A stretch of 64,000 nucleotides of DNA from a virus. Each line of letters starts with the position of its first letter. Position 1 is the first letter of the stretch. Made by a program: the position numbers and the translations under genes. The DNA lies in UHGV virus genome UHGV-0179803; one strand, given 5' to 3'. The notes under the pieces were generated by a model. It made no database searches. It saw nothing but the letters and a program-made list of their open reading frames with translations, and was not told where the DNA came from. Below are positions 1 through 11,952 of this stretch, piece by piece.

Positions 1-2
1 AA

Positions 3-2306
3 CACTTAACAGATAGTTTTGCAGTAGAAGGAAAATGCAATCGTGTTTCCCACTACCCATTAACAGATGACGGTATTCCACAACACGGTGGTTTTAAAGG
101 GGTAAACATCTCTTTCAGTGAAGGGAGAGCTAAAATACCCTCTGGCTCACCTACCTGGGGTGAGTATCTTGATATTGCAGTTATGGCTTACGATGGTGCT
201 TTAGGCCGTAATTCTATGAATTCTGATGTGTATGCAGGTACAGATGATGCCCCAAACTGGTATGCGTCTGGTACGAAGTATCCGGTTGATTGGTACATAG
301 CTTGGGATGGTAACCGTTACTGGGACAATGGTACTATCGCCGATACAGGACATGCTGCTTCTGAGTACGGCACTGTTCAGTTAGCCAGCACTTCGGTTAA
401 CGGCACACATAAATTAAACTATGCAGTACGTTTACCTGTTGCGCAGGGAGGTAAAGAGATTGAACGTTATGATCCGGTGATCACTTCTCCATGTAACGTG
501 ACAGCACCTGACCAGCCAAAGCCTGTTGACTCATTGGCGATGTGGTGTGATGCTTGCTATGCACTTTATTCAATCACTTATGAAAGCAAGTATTTTGAGG
601 CCTATAAGAAGGCCCACAGCGAGCTATTAGCGTACTGCAACCCAAATGCCTATGATATGATTTATAGACGCACCACGGCGATGAGAGCGCCTTTTACCGA
701 CGGTAATGTGACAATCACTGGCAACAGACCTACACTTACCCGCGATGCTGAAGGTTATATCAATGTTGGCATGGGTGCACGTAGACCGTGTGAAGTTATC
801 CAGCAAGGTCTGACTTACAAGGTTGACAGAGATTCTTCAACTGTGATTGAGTTCGGTGGTGAGAATGTTTTGTTCCAGCCGTATTTCACTATTGACGACG
901 GTTATGGTAAAAACATAGAGTACCGTGTCGGTGTCCCGTTTGGTGGGGCAGGTATGCAGGCTAATACTTTCGAGATCCGCGACTTTGTAAGGGTATCCCC
1001 AGAGTTTGGCGACCCCTACCTGCTGCCAAAAGAAGAGAGATTGACAGCCAGCGGTGGTGCTGTTCTGGGTATGGGCTACTCCAGCACTTTATTGGGCCAT
1101 AGTGATAACTACGCTTCACTGAACCTGTCAAGCGGTCAGGTTGTTTTTGATTTTGATGGTGTGAAAGCGCTACGTTCCATTACTTATCAATGCACAGCAG
1201 ATATTGTCAGGATTAATTTCCTTGATAAAGATGGCTGGTTATGGTATACTGATCTACATGGCACAGGTGCAAACTGGGTCACTGAAAATTTATCAATTGG
1301 TGATTTTCTGCTTGAATCTACGCAACCTAATCACTCCGCTGACGAAGTGAAACCCTTCTTTGCCAACCTGAAAGAAGTAACTCAAATTACTCTCAAACTG
1401 GCAACGACTAAGATTGGTGATGGCATTTTCAATCTATACTGTGTAAACAATTTACCAGAGTTCTTTAACTTTGTTGGTGACGTTTACATCGTAAGATTCT
1501 CAATGCATCTTTCATCCCGTGTGGCAGCAACTGCTAAACTCGGCGATTGCTATGTCACAAATTACAAATTTGACAGCTTGAACTATGCACCAGGGGCATG
1601 GCCTACAGGTAAGGTTGCCAATCCAGACAGATACCTGCTGGAAGAAAGACCTGCCTATCCGGTAGCTGGTGAACAGTACCCTGCTGTATTCTGTATGGGT
1701 GAAGAACCTACAGACCTTACAGAGCTTACGAACTGTGTTAAATTCTTGTTTGATGCTCAGCAGCAATACGCAGTCGTATTTGACACAGAAGGCCCTATCT
1801 ACACAGCCTACAACTGGCAGAAAGGTAGCCTGATTGGTGGGTTCATGATGTTGGACAATTCTAAAATGCAAAGCAGAGCATTTGTTGCTGGTTGCAGAGC
1901 ACTTTATGAATTGAAGAAAAATAGAAAACCTGTGGATGAACGTTTAGAGAAATATTGCCAGAAATGGATTGCTTTCCTGAATAGATTCCAGTCAGCGAAT
2001 AGTGGCAGATTACCCACAGATTTCAATACAACAGGTGGCTATTCCAATCAGGACAGAGGTGACAAACAATGGATCACTGCTGAATGGTTAGCTGGTTGTT
2101 GTTATGCAGGTCTTGCAGGTTACACATGGGCACAGATTGACCCGGTGATTGAAGCCTGTATGAATAACTTGCAGAAACATTATTTTGTTAACAGTACCAA
2201 TATTCTCAACGGTTGTTGGGCTAACTCGGATCCTGTAGGTTTCCACTCCGGTGAAATACTGAGAGGTCTGGGCCTTTACGCTCAATATCGCAACTTGTAT
2301 ATTTAA
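3..2306 (+). CDS. Virion structural protein, 5'-truncated at window edge (probable tail or baseplate component)
   Basis: Reading frame of the 183..2306 ORF stays open with no stop back to position 3, so the gene starts upstream of the window. Sits at the head of the structural operon. No recognisable catalytic motifs. Confidence 0.6.
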   Translation, partial: HLTDSFAVEGKCNRVSHYPLTDDGIPQHGGFKGVNISFSEGRAKIPSGSPTWGEYLDIAVMAYDGALGRNSMNSDVYAGTDDAPNWYASGTKYPVDWYIAWDGNRYWDNGTIADTGHAASEYGTVQLASTSVNGTHKLNYAVRLPVAQGGKEIERYDPVITSPCNVTAPDQPKPVDSLAMWCDACYALYSITYESKYFEAYKKAHSELLAYCNPNAYDMIYRRTTAMRAPFTDGNVTITGNRPTLTRDAEGYINVGMGARRPCEVIQQGLTYKVDRDSSTVIEFGGENVLFQPYFTIDDGYGKNIEYRVGVPFGGAGMQANTFEIRDFVRVSPEFGDPYLLPKEERLTASGGAVLGMGYSSTLLGHSDNYASLNLSSGQVVFDFDGVKALRSITYQCTADIVRINFLDKDGWLWYTDLHGTGANWVTENLSIGDFLLESTQPNHSADEVKPFFANLKEVTQITLKLATTKIGDGIFNLYCVNNLPEFFNFVGDVYIVRFSMHLSSRVAATAKLGDCYVTNYKFDSLNYAPGAWPTGKVANPDRYLLEERPAYPVAGEQYPAVFCMGEEPTDLTELTNCVKFLFDAQQQYAVVFDTEGPIYTAYNWQKGSLIGGFMMLDNSKMQSRAFVAGCRALYELKKNRKPVDERLEKYCQKWIAFLNRFQSANSGRLPTDFNTTGGYSNQDRGDKQWITAEWLAGCCYAGLAGYTWAQIDPVIEACMNNLQKHYFVNSTNILNGCWANSDPVGFHSGEILRGLGLYAQYRNLYI

Positions 2307-2341
2307 TCTGGAGGGCTTCGGCCCTCCTAACAGGAGAAACA

Positions 2342-5300
2342 ATGGCAGATGTGAAACTTGTCAGGATTGAGTCCTTGCCTGTAACCACAGAAGTCAACAA
2401 AGAAGAAGACTTTCTGATCGTTCAGCAACCAGACCTCACCCGCAGAACTTCAGTGAAAGATCTGATGGCAGGTGATCCGACTCTCTCCCACGTTGTTAAC
2501 TTCCATGACGGTGGCACCTTGAATGGTCCGATGGACTTCTGCTACTACGAGGAAGAAGATTTATACTTACGCTGGACAGGGGGATTCCCGCATACTGTAC
2601 CTTCATTATCAAGCCCATACGAAGATGGTGACATAACCGATGGTGCATGGGCAGTTTACACTGACCCGTCTTTACGTGACGAGTTAGGTTCCACAATCGG
2701 TGCTTCCCTGGTGTTGACTGAAGATGGTAGAACCATCCAGGATACTATGGATGAAGCTATTGATGCTGCTTTTGAAGCTGTACGTGTGCTGAATGGCCTG
2801 AGCTTTGAAAGAGTGACTGTTGTATCGGATGCTAACTACCTCGAAGGCTATGCAGGCCACATCGTAATGGATGAAAAAGCAACGGTTCATTTCCCTGACG
2901 TTGCAAGAGGTGAAGGCACCTTGAACGGTTTTGTATCGAAAGTTGTGGAAACAGACACTTCTAACGTGTACGAAGCTATTATGCAGGGTGGCACAACTGG
3001 GGCGATCTACACCATCCGTGTTTCTGAAGAAGAACACAAAGCGGTATGCCACAGACATGCATTGAAATCTGAATTGAGTCGTTATGACCAAACCAATCCG
3101 ACTCGCACAGTAATCAAAGCTGGCGATGATGCTAACGCATCCTACTTACAACTTGATGCAACTGGTCGTTGGGGTGTATGGAATCCTTCCATAACCAACT
3201 GGCAACCGTTAGCTATGGAACAAGGTGGTACAGGGGTTCGTGATGCTGCTACGTTCCGTCGTAACTTCGCAGTATTTCACAGATCTCATACTGCACTGGA
3301 AGCTGATTTCAATATCAATAACCTGAAAGGTAATGATGCTGGTGTTTACTATCAGCCTATGTCAGCTCTTGCTACTACTGCTAACGGTTATCCTTGCCAA
3401 CAGGCAGGTGTATTGATTGTATTACAGAACAATGCTAACGGAGGAGATGGTTGCCGTCAGGAATATCATCCGTTCAATACTGAGGATACCTACTATTCTC
3501 GCTGGTACAATGCGGGTGAAAAAACATGGCAAGCGTGGGTAACCTGGGCAAGACCCGTGAACACTAACAGCTTCCGTGAGCGGATAGGGATTGGTGCAGG
3601 TAACTCCCCTAGCTTTAGTAATCTGTATTTGAGAGCTGTAACAGACGACAAAGGTGCTTCTGGTATCCTGAATGGTACTAAATATAAAGCAGATGGTACG
3701 ACAGAAGAGCACGGTTTCCGTATTTACTCTGAAGTCCGCAAGGATAATAAAACTTGGTTAACCTTCCACCTGAAAACAGGTCCAGAAGGTAATCAACTTC
3801 ACAAATACCTCGGCTTAAGCGAAGATGGTAATTTTGAAGTTCCGAACAATATTGCTTGTAATACTTTCGCAGTACGTGATCTGAATACAACCCGTAATAC
3901 TTTACAGGTTAACAGATTTGTACAGGCAGGTTCTGAAACTGCCGTCAACAACCCAACAAACACTGCTAAACTGATCATCACAGAGGGTAAACTTTGGGGT
4001 GCTTACGATATTGCCAACAGTTCTTACATCCCGCTGGCAATAGGCCAGGGTGGTACAGGCGCAAGAGATGCAAATACAGCCTGGGCCAATCTAGGTGGTA
4101 AGGCTCTGGGTAAACTTGACAGCATTGCATTGACCGATAATAAGATCACTGGTGTGCTGCCTGTGTCTAAAGGTGGTACAGGTGCTACAAACGTTAACGG
4201 CATTAAGAGCAGCTTAGGTGTTAACCGTTTAGTCAACTCAAGTGCAGAACGCACCATTGTACAGTCTACGGATGTACAAGGTGACGGCTGCTATCTGCAA
4301 GTCGATAAAGGTGGTCAATGGGGCTGCTTCAACCCAGTAGCTGGTAACTGGCAGGCTTTATCTATTGCTCAAGGCGGTACTGGGGCCAAAGACGCAGCCA
4401 CTGCATGGACCAATTTAGGTGGTCGTGCACTAGGTAAAATGGATTCTATCGGCTTAACCGATGGTAAAATTACAGGTGTACTCCCAGTAAGCAAAGGTGG
4501 TACTGGTTGCGTATCTGATACGGAAGTTAAAGCATGGTTAGAACGCATAGGTATCTCCGGCGGCGGTGAAGGTGGTGGCAGTACAGGTACAGGCGGTTCT
4601 GCTGTAAACACGACACCTTTCGTAATTCAGAAACCTGATGGTGCGGAAGATGGTAAATATTACCCTGTCATTATTAATACATCTGAGGTAAACGCTTCAA
4701 TTGGTACAGACCTCCTTGTTAGTACCAGATCCTCGGTAGGCACTGATCCTATGAACTGTTCTACCTTGAGATGCTGGTATCGTACTGGCGGTTGGACAGA
4801 TAGAGGTGATTCTGCCTATGGTATGATCTCCTTCTACCAGAGTGAAGTGTCCATTTTAGGTTTGCTTGTTCCTACTCGTGGTCAGACAAACTATGCCGCT
4901 ATTTATGTGCATGAAAAAGCGTTCCCTATCTACGTTTATGCAAGTGCTGCGGTGACAGATGTTTGTGCCTATGCTGAAGACTTTGTAGCCAGTACTCCTA
5001 CAGATGGTCGAGATGGGGTTGTGTATAAAGCGGGTATTACAGATATCCACGAAGCAATTTTGGGTGATAATATAACCAACACTCGTCCACTTTTTGACTT
5101 TACTGGTGGTGTAAGCGGGTTCTACTGCAACCAATGGATGTACCGTGGCACCAAAGACAAATGGTTCTTGCAGAACAAAACAGAGATGGGTGAAACCGAA
5201 CTCTGGTATAATGGTCTGAAATACATCTGCCCAGGTAGCCAGACAGCCCGTAAAGCTCTGGAATCTAACGCAGGTTTCATGACGAAATCTGAGGGTACGG

Positions 5301-7012
5301 AAGATTTAATCAACGCCACGTTTACCTCTAAATGCGGTAACTTAGGTCAGGCTGAATTCCGTGCAACAAACAGTGCTGGTCAGATCATTGTTCGTGATAT
5401 GGCAGGTACTGCTCATAAATTCTGGAACTTTAATCCTGACGGCACTTTTAACTCACCTAGCGGTTTTGTTTGTCAGACAGGTGGTGACTGGAACAACCAG
5501 TTCGGGAACAATAACCCATGTAAAGTAATGGCTGGTAGCGCCAACGGGCCTGAAGGTTCGATGGTTGTCGGTGGGCTGTCTGTATCATTCTCTGGAAACT
5601 ATGCTTTCCAGATGGCTGGTCGCCTTGATCAGTTGTATACCAGATCCATTGAAGCTGGTAACCATAGAGCATGGAATAGGGTCTTAACTCACAAAGGTGT
5701 AGGACTTGACACTACAGACCTGGACGCTTATGATGGTACTCGTGAGGGTATTTACCACCAACAAAAAGATGCCGAATGTACATCTGGAAGGCATTACCCA
5801 GCACCATACGCTGGTACTCTAATTGTTTACCAGAACAATGCAAACAATACGAAAGGCTGCGTACAGGAGTACATCACACGTTTTGGTGACAGATATACTC
5901 GTGTTGGTAACATGGATAGAACTGGGTCCACTTTTATGTGGGAAGTTTGGCGGCATGATTCTGGTAAAGCTATCCAGCTACGCCCGAATCGTAATGTTGA
6001 TGAAACAGACAAAGAGTTGCTCATTCATGTTGGTGGTTCTGACAATCCCAGCAACAACACTAGCTTACCTGCTAATAACGCTAGACTGTTCTATTGGGGT
6101 AACGGTAATGATCGTAAGAACGTTCTGGAATTACAAATCGCAGGTACTGATGATGCCGAGCAGGGTATTTCTAATTGGGTATTCCATTGTGGTACTTTAG
6201 ATGATAACTTGCATAAATACTTCTCAGTAAACGGTAACATTAATGGTCAAACCATTACAGCAAGTAAGTTCATGACTACGGACGGTACTGACCTCGCTGC
6301 TGGAGCAGGTGTTCCAGTCGGTGTTCCGCTACCGTGGCCTACTGACACAGCACCTGACGGTTATGTTATCATGGCTGGGCAGGAATTTGATAAAGCTGCT
6401 TACCCCCAATTGGCTGCTGCGTATCCGAGTGGGGTTCTCCCTGACATGCGTGGTCAGACCATTAAAGGTAAACCAGCCACTGGTCGTACTGTTCTGTCAA
6501 CCGAAGCTGACGGTGTGAAATCCCACACCCACGGTGCAAGTTCCAACAGTGTGGATCTTGGTACTAAAACTACCTCTGGGTTTGACTATGGTAGTAAAGA
6601 CACCAGTGAGAGCGGTTGGCACGGTCACGGCCTCAGTGGTAGTGTTGCTTCTGGTGGTGCTCACCAACACGTAAGATCTGGTCCCCGCACGATAGGTAGT
6701 TTTGCTGACGATGTTTTTGCAGACGGGTATACTCTTGAAAGTGCAAACGCCTATGGTAAACTCACCCAGTATGGGTCAGGTACAGCTGCAACAAAAGTAG
6801 CCAAAACATCTAACGATGGTGCCCACAGTCACACCATGAGTGGTGCTTCTATCAGCGGAGCTGGGAATCACACCCACACAGTGGGTATTGGTTCACACAG
6901 CCATACGGTAGGTATTGGTGCTCACAGCCACACAATCACAGTTAATAGCACGGGTAACACGGAAAACACTGTTAAAAACGTGGCATTTAACTACATTGTG
7001 CGTTTAGCGTAA
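2342..7012 (+). CDS. Long tail fibre protein (1556 aa) with phage-fibre GGTG repeats and C-terminal His-x-His array
   Basis: RBS AGGAG upstream of ATG 2342. Repeated QGGTGA(R/K)DAxTAxxNLGG and KGGTG segments resemble the phage tail fibre repeat family. C-terminus carries [33 protein letters not shown], resembling the iron-coordinating HxH needle of T4 gp37-type fibres. Followed directly by a Tfa chaperone gene. Confidence 0.8.
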   Translation: MADVKLVRIESLPVTTEVNKEEDFLIVQQPDLTRRTSVKDLMAGDPTLSHVVNFHDGGTLNGPMDFCYYEEEDLYLRWTGGFPHTVPSLSSPYEDGDITDGAWAVYTDPSLRDELGSTIGASLVLTEDGRTIQDTMDEAIDAAFEAVRVLNGLSFERVTVVSDANYLEGYAGHIVMDEKATVHFPDVARGEGTLNGFVSKVVETDTSNVYEAIMQGGTTGAIYTIRVSEEEHKAVCHRHALKSELSRYDQTNPTRTVIKAGDDANASYLQLDATGRWGVWNPSITNWQPLAMEQGGTGVRDAATFRRNFAVFHRSHTALEADFNINNLKGNDAGVYYQPMSALATTANGYPCQQAGVLIVLQNNANGGDGCRQEYHPFNTEDTYYSRWYNAGEKTWQAWVTWARPVNTNSFRERIGIGAGNSPSFSNLYLRAVTDDKGASGILNGTKYKADGTTEEHGFRIYSEVRKDNKTWLTFHLKTGPEGNQLHKYLGLSEDGNFEVPNNIACNTFAVRDLNTTRNTLQVNRFVQAGSETAVNNPTNTAKLIITEGKLWGAYDIANSSYIPLAIGQGGTGARDANTAWANLGGKALGKLDSIALTDNKITGVLPVSKGGTGATNVNGIKSSLGVNRLVNSSAERTIVQSTDVQGDGCYLQVDKGGQWGCFNPVAGNWQALSIAQGGTGAKDAATAWTNLGGRALGKMDSIGLTDGKITGVLPVSKGGTGCVSDTEVKAWLERIGISGGGEGGGSTGTGGSAVNTTPFVIQKPDGAEDGKYYPVIINTSEVNASIGTDLLVSTRSSVGTDPMNCSTLRCWYRTGGWTDRGDSAYGMISFYQSEVSILGLLVPTRGQTNYAAIYVHEKAFPIYVYASAAVTDVCAYAEDFVASTPTDGRDGVVYKAGITDIHEAILGDNITNTRPLFDFTGGVSGFYCNQWMYRGTKDKWFLQNKTEMGETELWYNGLKYICPGSQTARKALESNAGFMTKSEGTEDLINATFTSKCGNLGQAEFRATNSAGQIIVRDMAGTAHKFWNFNPDGTFNSPSGFVCQTGGDWNNQFGNNNPCKVMAGSANGPEGSMVVGGLSVSFSGNYAFQMAGRLDQLYTRSIEAGNHRAWNRVLTHKGVGLDTTDLDAYDGTREGIYHQQKDAECTSGRHYPAPYAGTLIVYQNNANNTKGCVQEYITRFGDRYTRVGNMDRTGSTFMWEVWRHDSGKAIQLRPNRNVDETDKELLIHVGGSDNPSNNTSLPANNARLFYWGNGNDRKNVLELQIAGTDDAEQGISNWVFHCGTLDDNLHKYFSVNGNINGQTITASKFMTTDGTDLAAGAGVPVGVPLPWPTDTAPDGYVIMAGQEFDKAAYPQLAAAYPSGVLPDMRGQTIKGKPATGRTVLSTEADGVKSHTHGASSNSVDLGTKTTSGFDYGSKDTSESGWHGHGLSGSVASGGAHQHVRSGPRTIGSFADDVFADGYTLESANAYGKLTQYGSGTAATKVAKTSNDGAHSHTMSGASISGAGNHTHTVGIGSHSHTVGIGAHSHTITVNSTGNTENTVKNVAFNYIVRLA
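4036..4520 (+). repeat. Internal tandem duplication within the long tail fibre gene (two ~55-aa units about 80% identical)
   Basis: Translated units [52 protein letters not shown] and [52 protein letters not shown]. Coordinates approximate. Confidence 0.6.
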
Positions 7013-7095
7013 CAGAAAGGAGAGGATTGCATGAGAACGTTAATCCTCTCTGCTGTTGCAGAGATTAACAAATGCTTCAATCATGAGGGTTAATT

Positions 7096-7551
7096 ATGGC
7101 TTTTGAAATGTCAGATGAAATGCAAGTTGTTCACGTTTACAATGTGACAAATGACACATTTGCCTTCGTGGACGAAGCAGATGTACAAATTCCACCACAC
7201 ACTGGGTTGCCTGCACTGTGCACAACAATTGCTCCACCAGATGTAATCCCTGAAGGCCAGATGGCAATCTTTGATTTTGAGTTGGAAGAGTGGACTCTGG
7301 TGGATTATTTTGATGAAGCAATGGAAGCTGCAATTATGCCTCTGTCTTTGGAAATGGAAGAACCGGAGATTGCAGAGCCAAGCGCAGAACAATTAATGAT
7401 TGCAGAGCAGGAAGCTAAGCTGATTGAAGCACAGAACAGGATTGCTGAGCTGGAAGAACAAGTGGCGAGTTTGCAACGTGTGAACGACCTTGAGAAAAAT
7501 CTTGAGGAGCTTACTCGTATGGTTGAAAAACTGCGTAACAAGGAAGAATAA
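7096..7551 (+). CDS. tfa: Tail fibre assembly chaperone (lambda Tfa family)
   Basis: N-terminus MAFEMSDEMQVVHVYNV..VQIPPHTGLPALCTTIAPPDVIPEG closely matches the conserved N-terminal domain of lambda Tfa (..YIPPHTGLPANSTDIAPPD..). C-terminal half is coiled-coil. Immediately downstream of the fibre gene. Confidence 0.8.
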   Translation: MAFEMSDEMQVVHVYNVTNDTFAFVDEADVQIPPHTGLPALCTTIAPPDVIPEGQMAIFDFELEEWTLVDYFDEAMEAAIMPLSLEMEEPEIAEPSAEQLMIAEQEAKLIEAQNRIAELEEQVASLQRVNDLEKNLEELTRMVEKLRNKEE

Positions 7552-7576
7552 AATTTAAGTTTCTCCTGATACATTA

Positions 7577-7598
7577 CCCCGCTTCGGCGGGGTTTTTT
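7577..7598 (+). terminator. Rho-independent terminator (CCCCGC-TTCG-GCGGGG hairpin + T6)
   Basis: GC hairpin with UUCG tetraloop followed by TTTTTT, directly after the tfa stop. Confidence 0.7.
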
Positions 7599-7608
7599 GT
7601 ATCTGTAA

Positions 7609-7637
7609 TTGACTATTTCGCTGTTTTTTGGTAAAAT
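7609..7637 (+). promoter_or_regulatory. Sigma70-type promoter (TTGACT, 17 bp spacer, TG-n-TAAAAT)
   Basis: -35 TTGACT at 7609-7614, -10 TAAAAT at 7632-7637 with TG at 7629-7630. Downstream gene starts at 7672. Confidence 0.6.
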
Positions 7638-7671
7638 AGGTCACAGAGGTTTCTCCCAACTGAGAGGAAAT

Positions 7672-9162
7672 ATGGCTAAATATGGTTTAACAGATGCTGG
7701 GTTTATATTGCCCACGCTCAACGACTTGATCGTTGAAACTAAGCAGAGCTTGATCAGGGCGTTTGGGGATGATTTCAACGTCCAGAGTAACTCGGTTGCT
7801 GACAAGCTCACCACAATTTTTAACGAACGTGAATACCAGTTAATCCTCATGATGGCTGCTGTATACGCCTCCCAGACACTGTATGGGGCAGAAGGCATCT
7901 ACCTTGATGAATTACTGGGCAGACAAGGTGTTTATCGTAGAGGGCGTACCAAGGCTTCTGGTCAGTGCCAGTTGACGATTAACAATACTGTCCCCTACAA
8001 CATGATTTACGACACAGAAACTTACAGCATTGATAGTGGTAACTTCAAACTTGCAAGTAATGTACAGGTAGCAGGCAACATAATTGCTCATAAGATAACA
8101 GCACCGGATCTCAGAATTGGTAAATACACATTCCAGATGACCAACCAGGTTGATGGCACTATCTTTACCAAAACCATGATTCTTACTGATAAGGCACTGG
8201 ATTCAACAGACCTTGTTAGTTTCTACGGCGAAATCAAGCAATTTATTGTTGACAACTCCACTCTTTTGAACGAAGATCTGATTCAGGTTGACATGACCAC
8301 AGGTACATTGTGGATCGGCTACGATGCTACCCTTGAGCGTGTGGGTCTGAACAGTAAAGTTGACTTTCGTGTATCTCCGATTGTGGGCGAACGCGCTGTA
8401 GTGATGGAAGTGATTGCTGCTGAAGCAGGTGCTCTGTCGCGTGAAGCAAATACGGTGACTACAATCTCCCCAACACCGAGTGGTTTCATCTCCCTCACTA
8501 ACAGAGAGATGTTTAACGAAGGTACTAATGTGGAGACTGATGCAGAGTATCGTCTAAGAGCTACAGGAACAAACGCTGTAACCTCTAAAGCTACTCGTCC
8601 GGCGATCCTGAGTGCAGTTCAAAATGTGGCAGGTGTAAGTAGGGTAAGGGTATTTGCCAACAATACAGACAAGACCAACAGCCTTGGCATCCCGCCCTAT
8701 AAATTCCAGGTGGTTGTATTTGGTGGTGCCACTGCTGACATTTGCCAGGCTCTGTATGATACGATTGCCTGTACGAACAGAACCTACGGCAACCTGTTCT
8801 ACGATATCAACACCTCAGATGGTCAGGTGGAGAGGATTTACTACTCCAAAGCAAGCACCTATCGTCTGGACATCAGGGTAACATATTCAGGGGCTGCACT
8901 TTCTGCTACTGAAAAAGAATCAATTATAAATGCCATGATGTCAGTTGTTAACGGTCTTGATATTGCAGACACTCTCTACAACATCCAGCTTGTAGGTGCT
9001 GCTTCTGCCGCTGTCAGTATTGGTCGTTTTAACAAACTGAACATTCATGTGAAACCGATTGGTGCTTCAGATGAGGCTTATACAGCTAATGACATTACAG
9101 CCGCTATGTCAGAGGTGTTTGACCTTGATGAAAACAACATCACATTCCAGCAAATCATTTAA
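7672..9162 (+). CDS. Baseplate J-like protein (P2 gpJ / T4 gp6 family)
   Basis: ATG 7672 preceded by GAGAGG. The ORF-track start at 7609 lies inside the promoter, so it was rejected. N-terminus MAKYGLTDAGFILPTLNDLIVE and internal DAEYRLRATG resemble P2 gpJ (..DYRLRI..). Confidence 0.6.
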   Translation: MAKYGLTDAGFILPTLNDLIVETKQSLIRAFGDDFNVQSNSVADKLTTIFNEREYQLILMMAAVYASQTLYGAEGIYLDELLGRQGVYRRGRTKASGQCQLTINNTVPYNMIYDTETYSIDSGNFKLASNVQVAGNIIAHKITAPDLRIGKYTFQMTNQVDGTIFTKTMILTDKALDSTDLVSFYGEIKQFIVDNSTLLNEDLIQVDMTTGTLWIGYDATLERVGLNSKVDFRVSPIVGERAVVMEVIAAEAGALSREANTVTTISPTPSGFISLTNREMFNEGTNVETDAEYRLRATGTNAVTSKATRPAILSAVQNVAGVSRVRVFANNTDKTNSLGIPPYKFQVVVFGGATADICQALYDTIACTNRTYGNLFYDINTSDGQVERIYYSKASTYRLDIRVTYSGAALSATEKESIINAMMSVVNGLDIADTLYNIQLVGAASAAVSIGRFNKLNIHVKPIGASDEAYTANDITAAMSEVFDLDENNITFQQII

Positions 9163-9171
9163 GGTGGAGTT

Positions 9172-9861
9172 ATGGCAGAGAAGAAAATAGATGTTAACCA
9201 CATTCACACTCTGCCAGATTTCGTTGAGGGGGGTCTTGATTACCTCCCCGGCGATTTTCTGAGAGAGAAAGAAGACCTGACAACATTCCTGTCTATCTAC
9301 CTTAAAAGGTTGCAGACTGTTGATGAGATGTTAGTTGCTCTTGCAGAAGGCCGTCTTCTTAACAATGCCAGCGGTAAATATCTTGATGAGATCGGTAATC
9401 AGCTTGGCATAAAAAGAAATGGCTTGCAAGATGCAGATTATCGTGCTACACTTATTATTCAGCAGGCATCTTTGTCCCGTGGTGGTACGCGTGAGGATGT
9501 AATTTCCACACTACAACAACTGTTGGGCAGAAACAATTTTGATACATGGGCTGGAGATAATTTCAGATTTGACATTAACGTCAGAAAAACCTGTTTCGAC
9601 ATTAGTCAGGCAATTGACCAGATCCTTGATATGCTACCACTGCCAACACATCTGAGATTGACAGAATCGCAGGGCAGGGCATTTGGTTTTGCCGGAGATG
9701 ATACTGCTGCGGGTTTCGGATCAATCTGGGACGATGCGCAGTTCGGAGTAGATGGTATTGCTACTCTGACTTATGTACCGGATGAACGACCTGATTGGGG
9801 TTCCACCACTGTTTGGTGTGAAAGTATTGTTGTTGACGCAACTATTGTTACGGAGGCTTAA
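9172..9861 (+). CDS. Baseplate/tail protein (P2 gpI-like position)
   Basis: Follows the baseplate J-like gene with tight spacing; RBS AAGGTGGAG. Function inferred from gene order only. Confidence 0.45.
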   Translation: MAEKKIDVNHIHTLPDFVEGGLDYLPGDFLREKEDLTTFLSIYLKRLQTVDEMLVALAEGRLLNNASGKYLDEIGNQLGIKRNGLQDADYRATLIIQQASLSRGGTREDVISTLQQLLGRNNFDTWAGDNFRFDINVRKTCFDISQAIDQILDMLPLPTHLRLTESQGRAFGFAGDDTAAGFGSIWDDAQFGVDGIATLTYVPDERPDWGSTTVWCESIVVDATIVTEA

Positions 9862-11939
9862 TGGCAACCGCTGTATTCAAAGCCTACAGGGATTACACCA
9901 CACTACAAGCAGAATTTATGTACAACACACTGGCAGATACAGCTGTGCCAGGGCGTGACTACACTCACGTCGAAGGTAAGGCGATCATTCCGGTGGATTC
10001 TGCCTCTATAGACATTCCTGTTGATATTGTGGATAAAAAACCTAACAGACTGCCTCGTAGCTTCTATATGCAGTTCCATACCCCCTCACAAGGGACGATG
10101 ATTGGGACCAAACAAGCAAAATGCACGATTACCTCCCAAGAAGATTTGAGCAGACTTGAATGGGGAACACAAGAAGAACGGATGTTCCACCCACGTTATT
10201 GGGTAACAAATTGCCAGCCGACTGAAAGTACGTCAATCAAGTCAGACAACTCCACTGTGATTGTCACGATGACTGCACGTACGATGGGGGGTATGTCTGG
10301 AGCAATCTGGGAAACAGTTGACACATACGACCACTTTGGTGTAGGATACGATGATCATTATGAAATGCGTAACACCAAACTGTGGTTCAGGGTCAAATTC
10401 ACCAATGCTCTTGACTTTACAACCCCAGGTCAGGCCACAATTACTGTCACACTTGTTGACGGTTCAATAATTTACGTCCGTATGTCAGACTATGCTTCTA
10501 ACATCTCGGATGATAAAACTACGGCAGATATTCATCTAAACTTTGAGGATTGTCTGGGTGTTGACCAGAATAACTATTTGATGGCAGTTGACCCCCGTCA
10601 GGTTCGTAAGATCCTGATCCCGTTAATGCCTAAGGACTATGTGGCTAACAGTACAGACGTTCGCACGACCAATGTTGACTGTGAACTTCGCATTGACATG
10701 TTGGAGCCGGACACTGGTTGGAAATATATGCAGCTTAATGATTTGACTGTTGAAGGTCACGATTTAAGAGCTTGCACTGCATATGATGATATGTGGAATG
10801 TTTCTCCGGCGCGTGTTCTTTATAACCTTCAGAAACTTGGCTACCGTGGTAGAATCAACCACTATTGCGGAATGAGCCATTATTATAATTACACATGGAG
10901 CAACGCAACCCATAAATGGGAGATCGATAAATCAGGGACTCTGAACAAAGCTGCCAAAGCGTGGCATGAGGATTTTGCTTATAATCTGACTCGCTACGGA
11001 TTCACAGATGCAATGTTCTCTATCAGCATGGAGCTTTACAGCGATGCCTGTCCTCTGGAATGGACCCAACGTGAATGGGACGATAGCTACGCTAAGACAG
11101 GGTATACACCTTGCAGCTACCTGTTATCACCTTGTATCGAAGAAGGTATGACATTCTTATTGAACGTCTTTAAAAACTTCGCTCAGATTTTAAAAACTCA
11201 AAGCCTGCCTGTTATTATGCAGATTGGCGAACCGTGGTGGTGGTACAATACAGACTCCCGCAGACCTTGTATCTATGACTACACCACAAAAGAGATGTTC
11301 TATGATGAAACAGGGGAGTATGCACTTGACATAGGCACTATCGACAACCCATTAACTGGTGGTGTTTATGACAGATACATCGCATTCTGTCGCGACAAAT
11401 TTGGTCAGAGAATTGCAACACTCGCTACTGGCATCAAGGCAGCATTCCCTGGTGCTCAAGTTACAGTTCTTGTCTTCTACCCCACCATTGTTGGTACACT
11501 GATGGAAGAACTTAACCTGCCAGACCAGTACAAGAAAGAGTCAGGAGTACTTGACTTCTTCTGTTCAGAATGCTATGATTGGGTTATGAATGGGGAAATA
11601 GAACATTCATTTGAAGCTATTGAGCACCCTCGCAAAACCTTAGGTTGGAACAGGAACGAAATCCATTACCTCGCAGGGTTTGTACCTGGTAAAGATTTAG
11701 CTCCAGTGTATGGCTATGACCCAGAGAAGAACTATCAGGAATTTTTGTGGAGAGTGATCTGCGGTAACATCTGTACTACTGAGTATCATTACCCAGAGGT
11801 ACAGCAGTACGTATGGGCTTATCCGCAACTTATGAATGATAGTATCACATTCAGTGCGAAAGAGTCAACTGTTGTTCACATGGGGCAGACAGCCCTTAAA
11901 AGCTACACAGAAGATGTGACACCACCAGACCTTTCATAA
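9861..11939 (+). CDS. Structural protein (692 aa), probable baseplate or fibre-proximal component
   Basis: Start overlaps the upstream stop (TAATG), indicating translational coupling within the structural operon. No diagnostic motifs. Confidence 0.55.
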   Translation: MATAVFKAYRDYTTLQAEFMYNTLADTAVPGRDYTHVEGKAIIPVDSASIDIPVDIVDKKPNRLPRSFYMQFHTPSQGTMIGTKQAKCTITSQEDLSRLEWGTQEERMFHPRYWVTNCQPTESTSIKSDNSTVIVTMTARTMGGMSGAIWETVDTYDHFGVGYDDHYEMRNTKLWFRVKFTNALDFTTPGQATITVTLVDGSIIYVRMSDYASNISDDKTTADIHLNFEDCLGVDQNNYLMAVDPRQVRKILIPLMPKDYVANSTDVRTTNVDCELRIDMLEPDTGWKYMQLNDLTVEGHDLRACTAYDDMWNVSPARVLYNLQKLGYRGRINHYCGMSHYYNYTWSNATHKWEIDKSGTLNKAAKAWHEDFAYNLTRYGFTDAMFSISMELYSDACPLEWTQREWDDSYAKTGYTPCSYLLSPCIEEGMTFLLNVFKNFAQILKTQSLPVIMQIGEPWWWYNTDSRRPCIYDYTTKEMFYDETGEYALDIGTIDNPLTGGVYDRYIAFCRDKFGQRIATLATGIKAAFPGAQVTVLVFYPTIVGTLMEELNLPDQYKKESGVLDFFCSECYDWVMNGEIEHSFEAIEHPRKTLGWNRNEIHYLAGFVPGKDLAPVYGYDPEKNYQEFLWRVICGNICTTEYHYPEVQQYVWAYPQLMNDSITFSAKESTVVHMGQTALKSYTEDVTPPDLS

Positions 11940-11952
11940 TCAGGAGAAATAA

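Noticed and set aside
1512-1871. Antisense ORFs nested inside large structural genes (for example 1512..1871, 2684..3091, 17918..18397, 21494..21886)
   Set aside because: Each is fully contained on the opposite strand of a long, well-supported gene, has no RBS and has skewed composition. They look like chance ORFs.
7609-7671. Upstream extension of the baseplate J-like ORF to 7609
   Set aside because: The extension overlaps the promoter hexamers and has no RBS. ATG 7672 with GAGAGG is the better start.
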